From NCBI GenBank assembly GCA_036011785.1, contig DASCOB010000217.1:1-52483 (forward strand): a stretch of 52,483 bases of DNA, in the 5' to 3' direction. The translations under genes were made by a program, and so were the position numbers. Numbering within the stretch: the first letter of the stretch is position 1; the number at the start of each line of letters is the position of its first letter. Below, in pieces: positions 45,164 to 52,483 of the stretch. The notes beneath the pieces were generated by a model. The model was not told the origin of the DNA and searched no databases. It saw only the letters and a program-made list of their open reading frames with translations. This DNA comes from Anaerolineales bacterium (GTDB taxonomy: Bacteria > Chloroflexota > Anaerolineae > Anaerolineales > UBA11657).

Positions 45164-47499
45164 TGCCGTGTCTGTTCCTCGCTCACTCTGATGCGGCTCA
45201 GGGAGAGATAGCTGTGAGTCCAGCGCCCGTCGGCCGTGATGATTTGCAGGCGTTGGCCAACGCTGTCATATAGACCGATTTGCAGCCCGTATGTGCCGGG
45301 CGGGACGTCAGCTGCTAATGTGAGAGGATGCATGTCGCGCACCACTGCCCCTGGATTCCAACTGCTTGTGGGCGTCGCGCCGGCAGCCGGCCACGAGTCG
45401 TGCTGTCCCCACACCCGGTCGCCCTCTCCACGCACCTGTGCGAAGACCGTGTAATCCTGCCGCAACGGGCGCTGGCCGCGCCAATACAGCGTCAGCTCAA
45501 GCCCCTCGCCGGGCACAAGCACACGCCTGTCGATTTCGTAGCCGACCAATTCTATCCGATTCTGGAAATTCGTTCTCTGGCGATTAGGGTGTTGGCCCGC
45601 ATTGGCGACAAGTTCCACTGTGGCCAAGTGCGCGTTGTCAAAGTTGTCGCGCGTGCGCATGCGCTCACCGGTGCTGTAGTCGTAAAGTCCGATATTCAAG
45701 TGCAGTTCTGCGGGCGCGTAGGCTGTGGCTGGTACGGGCAGCACATAGCGGTCTGCGAAGGTTCGTCCGGGCTGCATCTGGCTCGTGGGCAAAAGGCCCA
45801 TCCCCGGATAGGTGTCGCGCTGCGCCACCAGCGTGACCGCCGAATCTTGCAGGTGAATGAAGACGCTCCAGTCCTCGTCCGTGGCGGCTAGTGACTGCCA
45901 GTACAGGGTTAGCTCAAGAGCTTCGCCTGGGCGGAGGGATTCTGACGGCATGGTGTAGCCCAACAAGCGCATTTGCGCTGTTTGGGGTGATTTGCCGAAA
46001 TCAATTTGGTGGGCGGTGATCATGGTTTCAAGGTCTGCCGGTGGCGGTGGAGCGTAGGCGGGTGCAATCACCCAACGGGGCGCGCTGGCTGACAGCACAA
46101 AGAGAAAGAGTACCACAAGCATTATGAGCAGCTGACGCCCGAGCGGCCAGCGGCGCGGCAGCAGGCTGCTCAGTCCAATCGTGAAGAGCACTACCAGACT
46201 TTGCAGGGCAGTGAACACCAGGCGACCCTGCGATGACCAGGTTTCGGTGGCCCAACGCAGCAGTGAGAATATCACCGCACAACTGAAAGTGACCACCACC
46301 CCCAGCGGCAGCCAACGGCGGGCTGACCAGCGGTCGTCCAACCATTTCCGTATAAGGAATATCGCCAGTCCCACGATGGAGAGTGCGGAGAGGGTGTTTA
46401 GCGCGGTGTACACCCAGTGCGGAAAGGGCACATTGACTGCGCCGAAAAGCCCCCAGAATGATTGCATGAAACCGGCGTGTTCGCTCCACAATTGTGCTAG
46501 CGGTGCGGGATGGGCGCGCCGGCCGAGCACGTCCACGAAGGCGTTTATGCCAGTCAGCGTGCCGTAATGCCGCAAGTTGCGGCGGAACCACCATCCGGAA
46601 ATCGTTGCGGCAAACCCGAAGGTGACACCGCACTGTAGTAGCAGAATTAGCGCGTGCAGCCAGAAAACATGCGTGCGGGTGCGGTGCGGAGTGCGCCACC
46701 AGCGTGCTGCCTGGTTGTAGGCGATGATAGCGGCGGCCACCGGAAACAGCGCCAGCAGTGAGAGTTTCGTCAGTGCGCCAAGGCCCAGCAAGCCCCCGAG
46801 AGTCAGGTGCGCAATACTGATATGCCCGCGCACCCGTGTCCATTGCCAGTTGAGCGCGAACCTGAACTTTTTGCCCGTATCCGCGCGCGTACTCATGCGC
46901 GTGATGAGCAGCACGGCCGCGCTGGCGAGCAGCATGGCCAGATTGTCATTGTTGACTGCGGCAGAGATAAACGCGAACATCGGCGTGAATGCCAGCACCC
47001 CGGCGGCACCCACCGCGAGCCAGTGCCAGCCCGGGCGAATCTGTAGCGCGAGAAGATAGGTAAGATAGACCGTGCCGGCGCCGAGCAGCACCGAAAGCAG
47101 GCGCACCAAGCGTACGGCCAGCACGGTGCCGCGCCAGGGGAAGTTCTCGGCCACGCTGTGAATGGCGAGATTGGTGTTGCCGTCTGCGGTCACCACGCCA
47201 TTGTCCACATGCGCATTCAGCCGACGCACGACGCGCATGTCGGTCGTGTCAATCCAGCCGGTGGCCAGAGCCATGATGTAATAGTAGAGCGGAGGTTGTC
47301 CGGCTTCCTGTCTCCAAGGTCCAGGGTCGTTCGCGTCGAGCACAGGCATCCCTTGCCCGCGCGCCAGTCGCCATATTACCGGGTAATGCCACAATTCATC
47401 CGAAGCCTCGAAAAGGGGCGTCGTCACCGCGAACGTGCTGCCGACAATGATGAATAATGAAAGCACCAGCGCAATCGGCAATCGGGAGATGGCAGGCAT
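45160..47499 (-). CDS. ArnT/PMT-like GT-C membrane glycosyltransferase with two C-terminal LYW/PPG modules
   Basis: N-terminal motif TPLFEASDELWHYPVIWRLA is the acidic motif after TM1. Many TM helices follow. Modules lie at about 45975-45607 and 45561-45163. There is an ATGA overlap with the yfhO-like gene. Confidence 0.72.
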   Translation of the reverse strand: MPAISRLPIALVLSLFIIVGSTFAVTTPLFEASDELWHYPVIWRLARGQGMPVLDANDPGPWRQEAGQPPLYYYIMALATGWIDTTDMRVVRRLNAHVDNGVVTADGNTNLAIHSVAENFPWRGTVLAVRLVRLLSVLLGAGTVYLTYLLALQIRPGWHWLAVGAAGVLAFTPMFAFISAAVNNDNLAMLLASAAVLLITRMSTRADTGKKFRFALNWQWTRVRGHISIAHLTLGGLLGLGALTKLSLLALFPVAAAIIAYNQAARWWRTPHRTRTHVFWLHALILLLQCGVTFGFAATISGWWFRRNLRHYGTLTGINAFVDVLGRRAHPAPLAQLWSEHAGFMQSFWGLFGAVNVPFPHWVYTALNTLSALSIVGLAIFLIRKWLDDRWSARRWLPLGVVVTFSCAVIFSLLRWATETWSSQGRLVFTALQSLVVLFTIGLSSLLPRRWPLGRQLLIMLVVLFLFVLSASAPRWVIAPAYAPPPPADLETMITAHQIDFGKSPQTAQMRLLGYTMPSESLRPGEALELTLYWQSLAATDEDWSVFIHLQDSAVTLVAQRDTYPGMGLLPTSQMQPGRTFADRYVLPVPATAYAPAELHLNIGLYDYSTGERMRTRDNFDNAHLATVELVANAGQHPNRQRTNFQNRIELVGYEIDRRVLVPGEGLELTLYWRGQRPLRQDYTVFAQVRGEGDRVWGQHDSWPAAGATPTSSWNPGAVVRDMHPLTLAADVPPGTYGLQIGLYDSVGQRLQIITADGRWTHSYLSLSRIRVSEEQTRQ

Positions 47500-47504
47500 G
47501 CACG

Positions 47505-48653
47505 CTAATCCTTACACCGACCAAGCGTTTGCTCGAAAAACGCTTCCAACCGTTCGGCGATGTGCGGCCACTCAAACTGCTTTGAAAACCGCAGCGCACC
47601 CGTTTCGATGTTTTTCTGCAGGACGGGATCGGAGTGCAGTTCCCGCACGGCTGTTGCGATGGCGCCGGCTTCTGGCCGCGCCAGCATCACGTTCTCGCGC
47701 GGCCGCAGCCCCGCCAGCCGCAACGGCGGCCGCGTGGTGACTGTGGCTCGGCCATGAGCCAGGCAGGCAAGAAAAGACCCGCGCCGGAAGGAAACGCCGT
47801 CGAGATAGGGCATCACCATCAGGTTGCAACTGAGCAGCGCAGCCGATGTTTCCGGCGGGGTGAGATAACCTGTACGCAGTATGTGATTAGCGACGCCAAG
47901 TTCTTGCGCAAGATTATCTATGCGCTGCGTGTAGGCCGTGTTAGTGAGGTCGCTGCCGCCTATGAGCACCAGGCGAGCCGGCAGCCCATCGGAGCGCAGC
48001 GTGGCCAGCGCGTGCATGAGCGTTTCACCCCCTTTGCTGGCGTAAAGGAACCCGAAGTAACCGAGCAGCAAATCCTCCGCGCCTATGTCGCGTTCGGCGC
48101 GCCATGTTGATGCCGAAAACGTTTCCGGCGGCGCGCAGGGAATGTTGCTGCCGATGGGGATTTCGGCCAGCGGCGGCAGTTGGTCGCGGGCGCGGCAACG
48201 CCGGTAATCCTCCACGTTTGTCAGCACCACCCCGGCTGTGCCGGACGCAAGGTGCCAGATTGCGCGTTCACGCAGCACGCCCGCTTTCGGGAACAGATAT
48301 GGCGACCGCAGATCGTGAAAGGTGACCGCAGCCGGCGGGACGGTGAGGCGCGGCAGAAAATGAACCGGCAGGCGCATAGCGCCGTACGCGGCGGCTTGGT
48401 ATTGAATGTTGACGATGTCGAGGTCCGCGCTGGCCCGGCGTACGCGCCATAAATCCAGCCAGTCCCAGCGGGCGGAAACTACCGGTCGCACGCTCGGTCG
48501 CTGCGCATGGCTATCAGGTTGCACACAGCGCTGGTCGGTGATGACGCGGACGCTGTGCCCGCGCTCGCTCAGGCTGACGGCAATGGCGCGTGTATAGTCA
48601 CCGACCCCACCTTTCATAGGTGGGTATTCGCCGGTGACGAGGCCTATTTTCAT
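47505..48653 (-). CDS. GT4-family (GT-B fold) glycosyltransferase
   Basis: MKIGLVTGEYPPMKGGVGDYT at the N-terminus and a C-terminal Glycos_transf_1-like region (LVLIGG...MPYLDG.SFRRGS). Confidence 0.8.
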   Translation of the reverse strand: MKIGLVTGEYPPMKGGVGDYTRAIAVSLSERGHSVRVITDQRCVQPDSHAQRPSVRPVVSARWDWLDLWRVRRASADLDIVNIQYQAAAYGAMRLPVHFLPRLTVPPAAVTFHDLRSPYLFPKAGVLRERAIWHLASGTAGVVLTNVEDYRRCRARDQLPPLAEIPIGSNIPCAPPETFSASTWRAERDIGAEDLLLGYFGFLYASKGGETLMHALATLRSDGLPARLVLIGGSDLTNTAYTQRIDNLAQELGVANHILRTGYLTPPETSAALLSCNLMVMPYLDGVSFRRGSFLACLAHGRATVTTRPPLRLAGLRPRENVMLARPEAGAIATAVRELHSDPVLQKNIETGALRFSKQFEWPHIAERLEAFFEQTLGRCKD

Positions 48654-48672
48654 TTCAGTAGGTTGCGGCGAT

Positions 48673-49662
48673 TTAGAAATCTCGCTCTACCACATAATCA
48701 GCAATGGCGTGGAGTGTGGGCAGGTGTTCGCCCGCCGTGGCGGCGGAAAGGGCGGATTTCGCGCTGGTCACATAATCGCGGGCCTCGGTGCGCGCCACCT
48801 CGATTGAGTCGGAGGCGCGGATGGATTGCAGCAGGCGCTCGCGCACCTTGCGGCCGCTCTGGTGTCCGTTTAGCAGTGCGGCCACGTCCGGGTCGGTGGG
48901 ATTGGATTCGATGTAGTGCAGCGCCGGCAGCGTGAGCAGACCTTGCTGCAGGTCGCTGCCCACCGGCTTACCAATGCGGTCCGCGCTGCCGATGAAATCG
49001 AGCACATCATCCACAATCTGGAACGCCATGCCGGTTTCGCGCCCGTAGCGGCGCATGCCCCTGATAGCGGCCTCGCTGGCGCCGCCGAGCACCGCGCCGG
49101 CCTCGGCGGCCAGCGCGAACATCGATGCAGTTTTGGCGTGGATGCGCTGGAAGTAAGCCTCGCGGCTGAGGGTGGGCTCATCGGCGAACTTCTGTCGGAT
49201 TTCCCCGTTGACGATGACCATCAGCGTCTCCGCGAAAAGGTTCATCACGCGCACGCTCTCGGTCTGCGCTGCGAAACTGGCGGCACGAGCAAAAAGGTAA
49301 TCGCCGGTGAGCACGGTGGCGTCCGGCGACCATTTGGCATTGAGGGTGGGGATGCCGCGGCGCAGCAGTGCTCCATCGATGAGGTCATCATGCACAAGTG
49401 TAGCCGTGTGCAGCATTTCCACCGCTGCTGCCAGCGATACGGCGTTATCGCAATCTGCGGCGAACAATCTGGCGCTGAGCAGCGCCACGGCAGGGCGCAC
49501 GCGCTTTCCGCCGGAGTCTAGCAAGTGCTTGGTGGCTGCTGTCAGGGCATGGTGCTGCCCGCTGAGCGATTCGCGCAGCCGCGCTTCCATCGCCGTCAGT
49601 TGCCCCTTGACCGGCGCGAGAAGCTCAGCATTAGTACTCACGGTGGTGCTCTCTAAATGCAT
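48673..49662 (-). CDS. trans-Polyprenyl diphosphate synthase (hepta-/octaprenyl-type)
   Basis: FARM motif LVHDDLIDG and SARM motif QIVDDVLDF. The start at MHLEST (49662) immediately follows the tatD stop. The ORF track extends to 49716. Confidence 0.8.
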   Translation of the reverse strand: MHLESTTVSTNAELLAPVKGQLTAMEARLRESLSGQHHALTAATKHLLDSGGKRVRPAVALLSARLFAADCDNAVSLAAAVEMLHTATLVHDDLIDGALLRRGIPTLNAKWSPDATVLTGDYLFARAASFAAQTESVRVMNLFAETLMVIVNGEIRQKFADEPTLSREAYFQRIHAKTASMFALAAEAGAVLGGASEAAIRGMRRYGRETGMAFQIVDDVLDFIGSADRIGKPVGSDLQQGLLTLPALHYIESNPTDPDVAALLNGHQSGRKVRERLLQSIRASDSIEVARTEARDYVTSAKSALSAATAGEHLPTLHAIADYVVERDF

Positions 49663-49663
49663 C

Positions 49664-50446
49664 TCAATCATCCCACCCGAAAAGTCGGTCGGCGTTTTCG
49701 GTGCTGGCGCGAGCAATTACCGCGGTCGTCGCGCCGCGCACCCTGGCGATCTGTTCAGCCACCCAGCGCACATGCGCGGGCTCATTGCGTTTCCCGCGCC
49801 GTGGCTGCGGCGCAAGGAAGGGCGCATCCGTCTCAATGAGCAGGCGCTCTTCAGGTGCTTGCGCTACGATATTGCGCAGCCCATATGCCTTGGGATACGT
49901 CACCGGCCCGGTAATCCCCAGATAGAAACCCAGTTCACGCGCCGTCTCGGCATGCATGGCCGCCCCGCTAAAAGAGTGAAAAACGCCCGCGTTCACTTTT
50001 GCTCCGCCGCTTGCCTGCCACGCGCTGATGATACCAAGTGCGTCGGCGTACGCATCGCGGCAGTGAATTATCACCGGTAGCTCCAGTTCGGCTGCAAGAT
50101 CGAGTTGTGCGCGAAAACGGCGTTGCTGTTCGCCGGGCGGCGTTGTATGGCGATAATAATCCAACCCGATTTCACCGATAGCCACCACGGCTGGTTCCGC
50201 GGCCAGCGCGCGCAATTCCCGCAATGTTTCCGGCCCCAATTGTACATACTCATTCGGATGTATGCCCACCGCCGCGTACACGGGTTGGCAACGGACTGCC
50301 AACTGGACGGCTGCCCGACTGCTTTCCAGATTCATGCCGGGATTGAGCATTCTGCGCACTCCGTACTCCTCTGCGCGAGCCAGAACCTGACCCCGGTCCT
50401 CATCGAAAATGCGGAAATCCAAGTGGCAGTGCGTGTCGGTAAGCAA
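49664..50446 (-). CDS. tatD: TatD-family metal-dependent hydrolase
   Basis: MLTDTHCHLDF, GEIGLDY, ELPVIIHCRDA, FHSFSG and ETDAPFL. Confidence 0.88.
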   Translation of the reverse strand: MLTDTHCHLDFRIFDEDRGQVLARAEEYGVRRMLNPGMNLESSRAAVQLAVRCQPVYAAVGIHPNEYVQLGPETLRELRALAAEPAVVAIGEIGLDYYRHTTPPGEQQRRFRAQLDLAAELELPVIIHCRDAYADALGIISAWQASGGAKVNAGVFHSFSGAAMHAETARELGFYLGITGPVTYPKAYGLRNIVAQAPEERLLIETDAPFLAPQPRRGKRNEPAHVRWVAEQIARVRGATTAVIARASTENADRLFGWDD

Positions 50447-50452
50447 ACCAGA

Positions 50453-51871
50453 CTACTGCAGACCGGCAATGTGCAGCCCGTCTTGAAGGATAGGATGCAC
50501 CCGTTTCTCGTCATCGGTTTCGCAATACACGCGTATGATCGGTTCGGTTCCGGAAAAACGGATGAGGAGCCAGCTGCCTCCCTGCAGTTTGAATTTGAAA
50601 CCATCAGTTTTGTCCACCGTGAGCAGCGCCAGTCCCCCCACGCTTTCAGGCGTGGCACTTTCTACCCGCGCTATTATGCTTTCCTTCTGGTCGCTAGGAA
50701 AATCACTGTCGATTCTGTGGTAATAAGATTGCCTTCCCGTTCGGGCAAAGAGGGTTGCTATTAGCTCCGAGGGGCTCTGGCCGAGGCTACGCATCAGGTC
50801 GAGGATAAACAGTCCCGCCAGAATACCATCTCTTTCAGGCACGTGGTTCTGAAAGGCGAAGCCACCTGATTCCTCTCCGCCGATGAGCGCGTCGGTGGCA
50901 GTCATCTTTGGCGCGATGTATTTGAAGCCCACCCCGGTTTCGTATACAGGGACATCGTACAGTTCGCCTAATTTGTCTAGAAGCGAGGTGGTGGAAAGCG
51001 TTTTCACTATCGCGCCGCGCTGGCCGCGCACCTCCAGCAGGTAATAAGCCAGCAGCCCGAAAACGCGGAGCTGGTTGATGAACTGGCCGTTCTCGTCTCC
51101 AACACCCAACCGGTCGGCGTCGCCATCGGTTATGATGCACACATCTGCATTATCTGCCACTGTGGCACGCAGGCCGATATCCACGTTGGGTGGTATGGGT
51201 TCCGGCCGGCTCATTTCCGGGAAAAGCGGATGGCGTGCGGTGTGCACCTCGGATATTTGGGTGCGCCCGCCCTGAAGTAGGCGCGGGAACCAACCCGCGC
51301 CGTTTCCCCACATGGCGTCAACCATGACCTTGAAGCCGGCATCCTTAATCGGCGCGAGGTCAATGATGTCATTTATATGTTCAATGTATGCTGGCGCGGC
51401 GTCGAATGTCTGCACGCTGCCGGTTTCCGTAGCCTCCGGCAGCGGAATGCGCTCCACTGCACCCGGGGGCGGGATGTGCGCCTCAATGGCTTTCAACCCG
51501 TCCGGAGCGATTGCGCCGCCAGTGTGGTCGCGTACTTTGAAGCCGTTGTCGGTGGGAGGATTGTGAGATGCGGTGATATTTATCGCGCCGACGGCTTGCG
51601 TATCGAGCACCGCATAAGCAATTACGGGCGTGGGGGTGGCTGTATCGGTAAGCCACACCCGCAGATTGTGAGCAGCCAACACCTCGGCTGCCGCGATGGC
51701 GAAATGTTCGGAGGCGAAGCGCTTGTCGTAACCGATCACCACTGATTCGCCGAGGTGACCATCTTCCAATATGTAGCGCGCGAAACCCTGCGCGCAGCGG
51801 CGCACGTTGTCAAAAGTGTAATCCTCCGCAATGCGGCCGCGCCAGCCGTCCGTGCCGAACTCGATTGTCAT
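50453..51871 (-). CDS. Phosphoglucomutase/phosphomannomutase family protein
   Basis: FGTDGWRG, active-site loop [13 protein letters not shown], metal loop TDGDADR and GGEESGG. Confidence 0.88.
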   Translation of the reverse strand: MTIEFGTDGWRGRIAEDYTFDNVRRCAQGFARYILEDGHLGESVVIGYDKRFASEHFAIAAAEVLAAHNLRVWLTDTATPTPVIAYAVLDTQAVGAINITASHNPPTDNGFKVRDHTGGAIAPDGLKAIEAHIPPPGAVERIPLPEATETGSVQTFDAAPAYIEHINDIIDLAPIKDAGFKVMVDAMWGNGAGWFPRLLQGGRTQISEVHTARHPLFPEMSRPEPIPPNVDIGLRATVADNADVCIITDGDADRLGVGDENGQFINQLRVFGLLAYYLLEVRGQRGAIVKTLSTTSLLDKLGELYDVPVYETGVGFKYIAPKMTATDALIGGEESGGFAFQNHVPERDGILAGLFILDLMRSLGQSPSELIATLFARTGRQSYYHRIDSDFPSDQKESIIARVESATPESVGGLALLTVDKTDGFKFKLQGGSWLLIRFSGTEPIIRVYCETDDEKRVHPILQDGLHIAGLQ

Positions 51872-51890
51872 GGCCAGTGGGCGGTGCGGG

Positions 51891-52483
<593 letters not shown>

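Overview
This is a GC-rich, tightly packed bacterial chromosomal window. I can support about 40 protein-coding genes. I found no rRNA, tRNA, CRISPR array, transposase or integrase. The gene content resembles Chloroflexota, but that taxonomic guess is inference only.

The housekeeping core is clear: gyrA, uvrA, queG, miaB, infA, rpsU, an S1-domain protein, rplS, rel, folP, pyrG and trxA.

The unusual content is a concentration of very large polytopic GT-C-type envelope glycosylation proteins at both ends of the window.
- Locus 1 (274-9956) holds a DUF2723-like protein, two paralogous PTPS-related membrane proteins and an ArnT/PMT-like protein.
- Locus 2 (41520-52483) is one long minus-strand operon: gmd, a PGM/PMM-family mutase, tatD, a trans-polyprenyl-diphosphate synthase, a GT4, an ArnT/PMT-like GT-C, yfhO and an O-antigen-ligase-like gene.
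- Five of these membrane proteins carry one to three C-terminal copies of the same module of about 100-140 aa, nine copies in total. Its signature is LLGY...PG...LYW...DY.VFVHL...PTS.W.PG...PPG.Y.L..GLY. I cannot assign it to a named domain family. I consider it the best candidate for an undescribed system component.

Other points worth a second look:
- murI (glutamate racemase) is broken by two frameshifts, next to a 420-bp non-coding gap.
- gyrA carries an insertion of about 60 aa just before the GPDFPTGG motif.
- A lipoprotein with a six-hairpin glycosidase-like domain is paired with an SH3b protein that contains an unrecognised tandem-duplicated Cys-containing domain.
- A cytoplasmic TIM-barrel-like domain is fused to a SnoaL-like domain.
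- An AT-rich cluster of three 8-mers follows the AlbA_2 gene.
- Three convergent gene pairs have zero or negative spacing.

All family calls come from reading motifs in the translated ORFs. No database search was run.
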